64,000 nt of DNA from positions 2,075,483 to 2,139,482 of the forward strand of contig OY970304.1 in NCBI GenBank assembly GCA_963716345.1, read 5' to 3'. Made by a program: the position numbers and the translations under genes. Source of the DNA: an uncultured Solirubrobacterales bacterium (GTDB lineage: Bacteria; Actinomycetota; Thermoleophilia; Solirubrobacterales; 70-9). The notes beneath the pieces were generated by a model. That model saw only the letters and a program-made list of their open reading frames with translations. It had not been told where the DNA came from and ran no database searches. Of this stretch, positions 26,826-34,401 are shown piece by piece. Each line of letters starts with the position of its first letter. Within the stretch, counting starts at the first letter, position 1.

Positions 26826-27254
26826 ATGGGTCCATCCAGACTGCTTTTCATTGACGAGAGCCTGAGCAAGCGCTTGGCTGCGCTGCTGAAGCATCGTGGT
26901 CGCGCTGCCCTCTCCTCCAGCGAGGCCAAACTGCTCGAAATGAAGGATGAGCCGCTGTTGCGGGAGATCTACAAAGACGGTCGTGACATCGTGTTTGTGA
27001 CGGCTGACGACGACCTCCCCGCCGAGCATCCAGGTGTCCTCAAGGAGGTCGGCGCGACCATCGCGACCATTGCTCCTTTTGAAAGGGGCAAGTGGCTAGC
27101 GCACCCCGAAGCCCTGAGCGACGAGGAGGCGTGGAAGCGCGAGATCGTTAGCCGGTGGGCGCACGCGATGCAAGAGCAGGAACCCCGCACCTTCAGGCGC
27201 TATTACCTCAACGGCGGCAGGCGATGGGTGCCGCGAAAACGCTCAGTCGTCTGA
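26826..27254 (+). CDS. DUF5615/Mut7-C-like PIN-related protein (putative toxin partner of the DUF433 protein).
   Basis: LLFIDESLSKRLAALLKHRG...KDEPLLREIYKDGRDIVFVTADDD resembles the DUF5615 pattern (FL.DENL...LA..L...G ... D..I...A......vTaD.DF). Confidence 0.45.
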   Translation: MGPSRLLFIDESLSKRLAALLKHRGRAALSSSEAKLLEMKDEPLLREIYKDGRDIVFVTADDDLPAEHPGVLKEVGATIATIAPFERGKWLAHPEALSDEEAWKREIVSRWAHAMQEQEPRTFRRYYLNGGRRWVPRKRSVV

Positions 27255-27349
27255 CCCAACCCACGTCTCGACACCGCTAAAAGTCTCTATAGGGTACTCC
27301 CCGATTCTTGTGCAAAGACCGCGAATGCGGCTCAAGACGGGGGAAGAGA

Positions 27350-28240
27350 ATGGCCCACCGGGCACTGATTTACAGCGTGCGCATCCACAAGAAATGGAAG
27401 CCGAACGATCTCATCGAGTTTGGGGACCTAGAAGAAGACGGGGTCTATCTCGGAAATGTTCTGCACGAGATATTCAGCAATGATTTCCTTGCGACCCGCG
27501 ATAACAAAATCGCGGTTGGAGAGTCAGCCAAACTCGTAGGGGTGGACCTCCAAACTAGCTTCCGCAGCGGGGATGGCGGATACGGTGCAGACATCGAGGA
27601 CGAGAATCACAATCTCCTCCTACGCCAACTCCCAGAACACACCCAGCTCCTCCCATGCGGCGCTCTTTTCAGGTTGCCGAAAAACCAGAAATACGGCTGG
27701 TGGGCCGTCCACGAAAACAATGGCCGCAGCATCAAAGGCTTGGTCGAAGGCGAGCTTCAAAGCCAGTTTCGGGCGCGCTACCCCGACCTCATGCTGGAGA
27801 TCAATCCCTGGGTGCCGAGCAACGTTCTCACGGAGGCGTTGGCCCAGGACCGTCTAGAGAGCGTGCGGCTCTTTAAGTACGGGGCAGCTTCGGATTTCAA
27901 GGATGCCGACCAATGGGTCCGGGAAGAAGCAAGCCCGCAAATTGAGCTTCGGATCAGCGCTCGCGAGCAGGCGGAAAAGCTCGTGCCTGGGCTCGCGAAA
28001 GCCGCAGCAGAAGGCGACAAAGAGGCCTTTGGCAAGGTCATCGAATTTGAGAACCTAAAATTTGAAATGGCAAAGGTTGAGGTTGAACTGGACAACGGCT
28101 CATCGCGGACGTTCGAGCTTCTTGGACCGCCCGGCGGCCATCCGTTTGCCGCCGATATATCGCCGCGCGAAACCCAAGGAATCCCGGACACCGACAGCTT
28201 GTTTGAGGAGCTAGGAAGAGCCATTACGGAGATGGAATGA
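27350..28240 (+). CDS. Hypothetical soluble protein (296 aa), transposon cargo, unknown family.
   Basis: ATG 27350 in ORF 27308..28240, preceded by GGGGGAAGAG. Visibly more A/T-rich than its surroundings. ATGA overlap with the next gene. No motif recognised. Confidence 0.6.
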   Translation: MAHRALIYSVRIHKKWKPNDLIEFGDLEEDGVYLGNVLHEIFSNDFLATRDNKIAVGESAKLVGVDLQTSFRSGDGGYGADIEDENHNLLLRQLPEHTQLLPCGALFRLPKNQKYGWWAVHENNGRSIKGLVEGELQSQFRARYPDLMLEINPWVPSNVLTEALAQDRLESVRLFKYGAASDFKDADQWVREEASPQIELRISAREQAEKLVPGLAKAAAEGDKEAFGKVIEFENLKFEMAKVEVELDNGSSRTFELLGPPGGHPFAADISPRETQGIPDTDSLFEELGRAITEME

Positions 28241-28797
28241 AGGCCGATCCACGAGAGCTAGTCCGCGCCCACTACGGCACCCTTGTCGACAACCGCACTG
28301 GGCGGACGCGGCCCCTCGATCACCTGGCTTTTGAGGGCCTGCCCTTGGCTGTCGGATTGGTTTGCTTTTTCTTCGGTGTACAGGTCCCCACGACGGTCAG
28401 CGCGGGTCTCGTGACGGTTGCCGGCCTGCTCAGCGCCTTCTTCTTCCAAGCACTGCTCCAGATCTCGCAGCGGGCGTTGGAATGGGCGCACGAAGCGCCG
28501 GAGCCCGGTCCAGATACCTCGCGAGAGGCGAAGTTCCTAGATCAGAATGCGGCGAATTCCGGTTACGCCTCCATCGTCTGCATCCTAACCGCAGCGGTTT
28601 TCGTGGTGGCCGGTGTCGCTAATGGAATTTGGCTGACCTTTTTCTCGGCCATCGGCCTCACGCTCGGAGTCCACCTGGTCCTAGTGCTTCTCTTGGTTCT
28701 AGTTCGAGTCTTCGCGCTCACCGACGAGAGACTGAAGGACACTCGGACGGGTCACGCAGCGGAAGTGGCGCATCTTCCGAAACGGAAGGCTGGATAG
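28237..28797 (+). CDS. Hypothetical membrane protein (186 aa, about four TM segments), translationally coupled to 27350..28240.
   Basis: Hydrophobic segments LPLAVGLVCFFFGV, AGLVTVAGLLSAFFFQALLQI, YASIVCILTAAVFVVAGVA and IWLTFFSAIGLTLGVHLVLVLLLVLVRVFAL. Confidence 0.6.
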   Translation: MKADPRELVRAHYGTLVDNRTGRTRPLDHLAFEGLPLAVGLVCFFFGVQVPTTVSAGLVTVAGLLSAFFFQALLQISQRALEWAHEAPEPGPDTSREAKFLDQNAANSGYASIVCILTAAVFVVAGVANGIWLTFFSAIGLTLGVHLVLVLLLVLVRVFALTDERLKDTRTGHAAEVAHLPKRKAG

Positions 28798-28843
28798 CGT
28801 CAAGCTGCTTGACATTTCTTTTTGTGTCAAGTAGCTTTACACC

Positions 28844-29785
28844 ATGCCTCCGGCCAACCGTCACGAACCGAAGCGAGCCGAGTCCTCGCACTCGGAATAC
28901 TCGGTCACCGAGTTCCTTGCGGAGTTCCCCGATGACGCCGCCTGCCTGGAGCATCTGTGGCGCACCCGCTACTCCCCGGATGGCGAACACGCCCATTGCC
29001 CGCGCTGCGATGGGGAGAAGGTCTTCAAGCGCTACGAGACCAAGCAGGGGCGGCAGTCTTGGACCTGCACCGCCTGCGGCCTTCACGTTCACCCAACCGC
29101 AGGAACGATCTTCGCCAAGTCCTCAACCTCGCTGAAGCTCTGGTTCCACGCGATGTATCTGATGACTAGCACTCGCTGCGGCATATCTGCCAAGCAGCTA
29201 GAGCGGGAGCTTGGAGTCCATTACAAGACCGCCTGGCGCATGTTCAACAAGATTCGCAACGAGCTGATGAAGGACGACGAGAAGCCGCTGAAGGGCAACG
29301 TCGAGGTTGACGAGACGGGCGTTCACGGCCGTCCGCGTGGCCCGAGGATGAATCTCAAAGAAGCGGCTCAGTGGCGCCAGCGCCAAATCTCGGTGTTGGG
29401 CATGGTCGAGCGCGGCGGGCGGGTCAAGCTGCGCGTAATCACGTCGCGCCGAGGCGAGCCACTTAGTGGAGCCGTGCGGGCGAACATCAATCCGGACTCG
29501 ATCATCTTCACCGACGACTGGCGTCCCTACAGGCCAGTCGGCCGCGAATTCGCGGGCCACAACATCATCAACCACTCAGCCGGCTTCTACGTGCGCGGCG
29601 ACATCCACACGAACACGATCGAGGGGTTCTTTGGCAACCTCAAGACCGGGATGCGCGGCGCTTACAAGGCCGTCTCCCGCAAATGGCTCCAGTCCTACCT
29701 GGACGAGTACGCCTGGCGCTACAACCACCGCACGTACGAGCCACGCTCGATGTTCCACGCCCTTCTAGACGAGGCGGCGCGATGA
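28844..29785 (+). CDS. IS1595-family (ISXO2-like DDE) transposase.
   Basis: N-terminal Zn-ribbon CPRCDGEKVFKRYETKQGRQSWTCTACG. Then KLWFHAMYLMTSTRCGISAKQLERELGVHYKTAWRMFNKIR. DDE region VEVDETG...IFTDDWRPY...NTIEGFFGNLKTGMRGAYKAVSRKWLQSYLDEYAWRYNHR. Confidence 0.85.
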   Translation: MPPANRHEPKRAESSHSEYSVTEFLAEFPDDAACLEHLWRTRYSPDGEHAHCPRCDGEKVFKRYETKQGRQSWTCTACGLHVHPTAGTIFAKSSTSLKLWFHAMYLMTSTRCGISAKQLERELGVHYKTAWRMFNKIRNELMKDDEKPLKGNVEVDETGVHGRPRGPRMNLKEAAQWRQRQISVLGMVERGGRVKLRVITSRRGEPLSGAVRANINPDSIIFTDDWRPYRPVGREFAGHNIINHSAGFYVRGDIHTNTIEGFFGNLKTGMRGAYKAVSRKWLQSYLDEYAWRYNHRTYEPRSMFHALLDEAAR

Positions 29786-29985
29786 GCGAGGCCACGATCC
29801 TGCGAAGCATCAGGGGCGCGGCTCAGCGGCGCGCAAGCGCCGACGCCGCCAAACGACAGGCGACCGAAGACCTCCGGGGCTTCTGCCAGCAAGCGCAGAA
29901 GGCCGGGGTCTCGATCACCCAGATTGCTTCTGAGGCCGGTCTTTCCCGCCAGGGCGTTTACGACTTGCTGGCGGAGCGACCTTAG
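29783..29985 (+). CDS. Small HTH protein (67 aa) coupled to the transposase gene (ATGA overlap).
   Basis: ...AQKAGVSITQIASEAGLSRQGVYDLLAERP is a resolvase/Fis-type HTH. Confidence 0.5.
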
Positions 29986-30070
29986 CCAGGTTGGCATCGA
30001 AGTCGCCTTTGCTCGGAACGGGGATCTCCAACCCCTTGTCAGTCTTCTGCTTGCGGGGTTTGTCAGCCAT
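29915..30070 (-). CDS. Possible small basic ORF (51 aa) following the XRE gene, positional analogue of 17715..17933.
   Basis: My own translation gives MADKPRKQKTDKGLEIPVPSKGDFDANLAKVAPPASRKRPGGKDRPQKQSG. It starts 9 nt after the XRE stop. It overlaps the 3' end of 29783..29985 convergently, so at most one of the two may be real over that stretch. Confidence 0.3.
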   Translation of the reverse strand: MADKPRKQKTDKGLEIPVPSKGDFDANLAKVAPPASRKRPGGKDRPQKQSG

Positions 30071-30079
30071 CGCTCAAGG

Positions 30080-30394
30080 CTAGCTGTCGCTCGGGCGCTC
30101 AATCGGAACCTTCCGCTGAACCGGTCCCAGACCCGGCACCTGGACTTCGACAAAGCCGCCGGAGTAGATCTTGCCCGGCTTCCACTCGATGCCCTCCAGC
30201 AAGGCTTCCGGCTTGACGCCGACCGTCGCGGCCAGCTTGACCAGGGTGTCTATGCGCGGGATGCGATTGCCTCGCTCCAGCGTGCCGATCTCGGTCCTAT
30301 GCAGCCCAGCCATGTGGCTGACTGCCTCTTGCGTCAAACCGGCTTCCTTACGACAGCGGGCAAAGTTAGCGCCGAAGCATTTTCCGACGCTCAT
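30080..30394 (-). CDS. XRE-family HTH transcriptional regulator (paralog of 17937..18212).
   Basis: ATG 30394 within ORF 30080..30457. FGANFARCRKEAGLTQEAVSHMAGLHRTEIGTLERGNRIPRIDTLVKLAATVGV. Confidence 0.8.
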   Translation of the reverse strand: MSVGKCFGANFARCRKEAGLTQEAVSHMAGLHRTEIGTLERGNRIPRIDTLVKLAATVGVKPEALLEGIEWKPGKIYSGGFVEVQVPGLGPVQRKVPIERPSDS

Positions 30395-30639
30395 GATTGA
30401 TCCAAGGCGTCGAAGTGGAGGGCCGCCGGGGTCGGCTCGACCGAGATACCTCGGCATTCGAGCAAGCCGACACCGACCAGATCGCGTACGGCACGCTCTA
30501 CGGCGTCTCCCCGGTCGATCTCTCGGGCAAGTTTGGGGATGGTTAGGGACTTCGGGTGCGCGTCGAGCGCCAGGCTGAGAACTGCTCGCTGAACGCTCTC
30601 GTCATCGCGCTCGTTGCGCGGGCTAGGGTTGGCCTGCAT
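30391..30639 (-). CDS. Small winged-helix-like protein (paralog of 18209..18457), with a 4-nt overlap onto the XRE gene.
   Basis: ATG 30639 within ORF 30391..30684. MQANPSPRNERDDESVQRAVLSLALDAHPKSLTIPKLAREIDRGDAVERAVRDLVGVGLL. Confidence 0.6.
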   Translation of the reverse strand: MQANPSPRNERDDESVQRAVLSLALDAHPKSLTIPKLAREIDRGDAVERAVRDLVGVGLLECRGISVEPTPAALHFDALDQS

Positions 30640-30748
30640 CGGAAGGTTCCGCCTTTCGGTGCCACGGCCCCGGGAGCGTTCCACCGCTCGCCGGGGTCAT
30701 TTGTCTGAATGGAGGCGGAAAGCTAGGCCGAGCTACGGCTGGAAATCG

Positions 30749-30773
30749 CTTCTACAGAGAAGGGATATGCGTG
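30749..30773. repeat. Right terminal inverted repeat of the IS1595-family transposon.
   Basis: CTTCTACAGAGAAGGGATATGCGTG is the reverse complement of 26025..26049. Confidence 0.8.
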
Positions 30774-30781
30774 ATGAAGAT
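30774..30781. repeat. 8-bp target-site duplication ATGAAGAT (right copy).
   Basis: Identical to 26017..26024. Confidence 0.8.
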
Positions 30782-30806
30782 CACATCTATCCCTTCTCTG
30801 TAGAAG
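30782..30806. repeat. Third, solo copy of the IS1595-type end (22/25 identical to the left inverted repeat). It overlaps the hyuB stop codon.
   Basis: CACATCTATCCCTTCTCTGTAGAAG versus CACGCATATCCCTTCTCTGTAGAAG. Together with 30749-30773 it forms an IRR-8 bp-IRL-like palindrome. Confidence 0.7.
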
Positions 30807-32364
30807 GCGATCGAGGACTACCGTGACCACCGCCACCGGGAGTTTCGATCCTCAGGGTGTCGCCGGGCGCCAGCTCGCCTTCGCTCTTGCCCGCCAGGAA
30901 CGCGCTGTTGTGGAGATTGCGGCCGGGTGCGCCGTCCTCGCCGCCGTTGCGACCGCGCGGTTGGTGGCGGCGGCGCTCGCTAATCAGCGAGAAGCGCATC
31001 GGCGCTAGTGCCTCGAGCTCGCGCACGATTCCGTCGCCGCCACGGTGCTCACCGGCGCCGCCGCTGCCACGGCGCAGCGAGAGCTCGCGAACCCGCAGGG
31101 GGAACTCGCTCTCCAGCGCCTCGACCGGCGTGTTGAGCGTGTTCGACATCGCGACGTGGATGGCGCTGGGACCGTCGGCATCGGGGCAGGCACCCTGGCC
31201 GCCGCCCACCGTCTCGTAGTAGGTGAACTCCTCATTGGCGAGGGTCAAGTTGTTCATCGTCCCCTGGCCTTGGGCGGGTATCGGCCGGGCACCGCCAAGG
31301 GCGGCGATGACGAGGTCGGCGACGCGGCTGGAGGTCTCGACGTTGCCGGCGGCGACCGCGGCCGGGAAGCGGGCGTTCAGCAGGCAGCCCTCGGGCGCTT
31401 TGACCGCGATCGGTCGGTAGGCGCCGGCGCAGGGGGGCGCTTCGGGGTCGGTCAGCGCTCGCACTGCGAAGAAGGCTGCGGACTTGGTGACCGAGAGCGG
31501 GCAGTTGAGGTTGCCCTCGATCTGGGTGTCGGTGCCGGAGAAGTCGAGGGTGAGATGGTCGCCGCAGATCGTCACCTCGATCTGCAGCGCTACATCCCTC
31601 CCGCCCGAATCCGTTCCGGTGGTCTTTCCCCCCGTTATTCGAGGCAAAGGACCACCGGAAGCGAAATCGACCTCAAGTACATCCTTGGCGCAGTAGACGC
31701 CATCGGGGAGGCCGGCGAGGGCTGCGCGGGTGCGCCGCTCGGCGTAGGCGAGGATCTCGCTCATCGCGACACCGAGCTGCTCGCGCCCGTGCCGCTCGGC
31801 GAGCTCGCCGAGGCGCCGCGCGCCGATCCGGTTGGCGGCTTCCTGTGCGCGCAGGTCGGCGAGCCGCTGCTGCGGGAAGCGCATCCGCGCGGTGAGATCG
31901 CGCAGCACCGCGGGGCTAACCCGGGTTGGGGGGATCACCACTCCCTCGTCCCCCAGGTGCGTCGAGTTGGCCGGCATGCTGCCCGGGGTCGGTCCCCCCA
32001 CATCGGCGTGGTGGGCCCGGCAGGCGGCAAAGCCGGCCAGCTCGTGATCGGCGAAGACCGGCGTGATCAGGGTGATGTCGGGCAGGTGGGTGCCGCCGCG
32101 ATAGGGGTCGTTGAGGATCCACGATCCGCCGGGCTGCTGATCGAGGTCGATCACGGCGGCGACCGCGTCTGGCATCGAGCCGAGGTGGACCGGGATGTGC
32201 TCGGCCTGCATCACCAGCTCTCCGTTCGCGTTGAAGATCGCCGTCGAGCAGTCGTGGCGCTCCTTGATGTTGGCTGAGTAGGCGGAGCGGATCAGGGCGG
32301 CGCCCATCTCTTCGCAGGCCGCGTGCAGCCCGCCGATCATCACCTGCAGCGTCACCGGGTCCAT
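30787..32364 (-). CDS. hyuB: Hydantoinase B / oxoprolinase family protein. The C-terminus is probably truncated or replaced by IS-end sequence.
   Basis: ATG 32364 within ORF 30787..32820 (MDPVTLQVMIGGLHAACEEMGAALIRSAYSANIKERHDCS...). The gene ends ...TPGGGGHGSPRSP|STEKG-stop, with the last codons lying inside repeat 30782-30806. Confidence 0.8.
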   Translation of the reverse strand: MDPVTLQVMIGGLHAACEEMGAALIRSAYSANIKERHDCSTAIFNANGELVMQAEHIPVHLGSMPDAVAAVIDLDQQPGGSWILNDPYRGGTHLPDITLITPVFADHELAGFAACRAHHADVGGPTPGSMPANSTHLGDEGVVIPPTRVSPAVLRDLTARMRFPQQRLADLRAQEAANRIGARRLGELAERHGREQLGVAMSEILAYAERRTRAALAGLPDGVYCAKDVLEVDFASGGPLPRITGGKTTGTDSGGRDVALQIEVTICGDHLTLDFSGTDTQIEGNLNCPLSVTKSAAFFAVRALTDPEAPPCAGAYRPIAVKAPEGCLLNARFPAAVAAGNVETSSRVADLVIAALGGARPIPAQGQGTMNNLTLANEEFTYYETVGGGQGACPDADGPSAIHVAMSNTLNTPVEALESEFPLRVRELSLRRGSGGAGEHRGGDGIVRELEALAPMRFSLISERRRHQPRGRNGGEDGAPGRNLHNSAFLAGKSEGELAPGDTLRIETPGGGGHGSPRSPSTEKG

Positions 32365-32404
32365 GGCGACTTCCACTGCAACGCTTTGTGGTCCCGTGAG
32401 GTGC

Positions 32405-34387
32405 TCAACACGTTGCACCTGTGCTTGTGGCGTTGATCGTGCCGGAGTCGTCGACCTCCACGTTCCACCCGGGGGGAGTGACGAAGGTGCTCTCGGGGAG
32501 CTCGAAGATTGCCGGCCCTGCGATGGTGAGCCCGGCGGCCGGCTCGCCGCGCAGGACCGGTGTCTCGACCCACTCGCCGTCGAAGCGAACCCGCCGCGAG
32601 CCGTGCTCGATCGTCCCGGCGGAGGCGGTGGGGCGAGGGCGGGCGCCTGGGGCGACCATTGCCAAACGAATGTGGACGAGCACGATCTCGGCCTCGGGAT
32701 CGCGATGGCCGTAGAGCCGCTCGTGTGCGGCGGCGAAGCGCTCGACGAGATCGGTCGGATCGGGATGGGTCGAGCCACTGACCGGCAGCTCGAAGGCCTG
32801 GCCGCCATAGCGCATCTCATAGGTCACTTCCGGCGTTGCCTCCGGACCACTGCTGAGCCCGGCGGCCAGCTCCTCGACCGCAGCGGCGACCCGCTCGGCG
32901 GTGAAGTCCTCGCCGGAGAGCATCACCGTGCGGGCGGTGTCCTGGCGGCGGTCAGAGGCGCAGAGCCCGAGCGCCGAGAGCACGCCACCGGCGCGCGGGC
33001 AGAGGATGCGGTCGATCTCGAGCTCGGCGGCGATCGCGGCCGCATGCATCGGGCCAGCGCCACCAAAGGGAAGCAGGGCGAAGTGGCGGGGATCGATGCC
33101 GCGCTCGACGGTGACCACGCGCAGCGCCCGCACCATCTCCTGGTCGGCGATCCGCACGATGCCTTCGGCCGTTTCCATCGGGTCGAGCCCGAGCGAAGAA
33201 GCCAGCATGGCGACCGCGTTTTCAGCCGCCCCTGTGTCCAGCGCCACGTTGCCGGCCAGCTTCGAATCCTTGGCGAGCCGGCCGAGCATCAGGTTGGCGT
33301 CGGTGACGGTGGGCTCGCTGCCACCGCGGCCGTAACAGGCGGGTCCCGGCTCGGCACCGGCCGAGCGCGGGCCGACCCGCAGGGCGCCGCCGCCGTCGCG
33401 CCAGCCGATCGAGCCGCCCCCGGCTCCGACCGTGTGGACGTCGACCATCGGCAGCTGGATCACGCGGCCGGCGATCGTGCGCGAGTCGGTCCGCTTGACC
33501 TCGCCCTCCTCAACGACGCAGACGTCGCAAGAGGTCCCACCCATGTCAAAGCCGAGCGCATTGCCGTTGCCGGAGAGCTGGGCGAGCTGGCCAGCGCCGA
33601 CCGCGCCCCCAGCCGGGCCGGAGAGCACGCTCCAGGCACCAGCCCGGGCTGCCTCCTCGGCACTGGCCACGCCGCCCGAGGACTGCATCACCAGCGGCGA
33701 GGGCAGCCCGGCGCCTGTCGCGGCCTGCTCCAGTCGCCCCAGATAGCGACCGAGCAGGGGCGAGAGGTAGGCGTCGATTGCGGTGGTCGAGCAGCGCTCG
33801 TACTCGCGGAAGCGAGGCAGGACCTCGTGGGAGGCGGAGACGTGAAGCTGCGGCAGCGCGCTGCGCAGGTGCTCGGCGATGCGCTGCTCGTGGGCCGGGT
33901 CGAGATAGGAGAAGAGCAGGCAGATCGCGACGGCCTCGGCGCCGCTGTCTTGCACGAGCTCGGCGAGGCGGCTCGGCTCAGCTTCGCCGAGCGGCTCGAT
34001 CACACCCTGTGGGCCGATGCGCTCGGCGGCCTCGAAGCGCAGCTCCCGCTCGATCAAGGGGGTCGGCTTCGGGGCGCAGAGCCGGTAGAGCTGGGGCCGG
34101 TCCTGGCGACCGATCTCGAGCACATCGGCAAAGCCCTGGGTTGCGATCAGCGCGGTACGAGCGCCGCGTTCCTCCAGCAGGGCATTGGTGCCGACCGTCA
34201 TCCCGTGGGCGAAGGTCTCGATCTCCTTCGCATCCGCGCCGGCCAGCTCGATTACGGCCTTGACTGCGGCGATCACCGCCTGCGACTGGTCCCCGGGGGT
34301 GGTCGGCAGCTTTGCCGTGTGGAGCTGCTCGCCGTCGAAGAGGACGGCGTCGGTGAAGGTCCCGCCTACGTCGACACCGAGCAGCAC
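32405..34387 (-). CDS. hyuA: Hydantoinase A / oxoprolinase family protein.
   Basis: MLLGVDVGGTFTDAVLFDG... followed by the GFDMGGTSCDV ATPase motifs. GTG start. Confidence 0.85.
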   Translation of the reverse strand: MLLGVDVGGTFTDAVLFDGEQLHTAKLPTTPGDQSQAVIAAVKAVIELAGADAKEIETFAHGMTVGTNALLEERGARTALIATQGFADVLEIGRQDRPQLYRLCAPKPTPLIERELRFEAAERIGPQGVIEPLGEAEPSRLAELVQDSGAEAVAICLLFSYLDPAHEQRIAEHLRSALPQLHVSASHEVLPRFREYERCSTTAIDAYLSPLLGRYLGRLEQAATGAGLPSPLVMQSSGGVASAEEAARAGAWSVLSGPAGGAVGAGQLAQLSGNGNALGFDMGGTSCDVCVVEEGEVKRTDSRTIAGRVIQLPMVDVHTVGAGGGSIGWRDGGGALRVGPRSAGAEPGPACYGRGGSEPTVTDANLMLGRLAKDSKLAGNVALDTGAAENAVAMLASSLGLDPMETAEGIVRIADQEMVRALRVVTVERGIDPRHFALLPFGGAGPMHAAAIAAELEIDRILCPRAGGVLSALGLCASDRRQDTARTVMLSGEDFTAERVAAAVEELAAGLSSGPEATPEVTYEMRYGGQAFELPVSGSTHPDPTDLVERFAAAHERLYGHRDPEAEIVLVHIRLAMVAPGARPRPTASAGTIEHGSRRVRFDGEWVETPVLRGEPAAGLTIAGPAIFELPESTFVTPPGWNVEVDDSGTINATSTGATC

Positions 34388-34401
34388 GCCCCGACGCTAG
34401 C

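Larger units (their letters stand above)
26025..30773 (+). mobile_element. IS1595-family transposon with passenger genes (4,749 bp).
   Basis: Perfect 25-bp terminal inverted repeats CACGCATATCCCTTCTCTGTAGAAG (26025-26049 and the reverse complement at 30749-30773). The end fits the nnnGCnTATC type reported for some IS1595-family groups. Flanked by the direct 8-bp repeat ATGAAGAT (8 bp is the IS1595-family duplication size). Contains an ISXO2-like/IS1595 transposase gene at 28844..29785. Confidence 0.8.

Noticed and set aside
30749-30806. The 58-bp palindrome as an independent MITE inserted at the hyuB 3' end.
   Set aside because: No target-site duplication flanks it (GGAAATCG versus GCGATCGA). 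Its left half is fully accounted for as the right end of the 4,749-bp transposon, which does have a perfect duplication.
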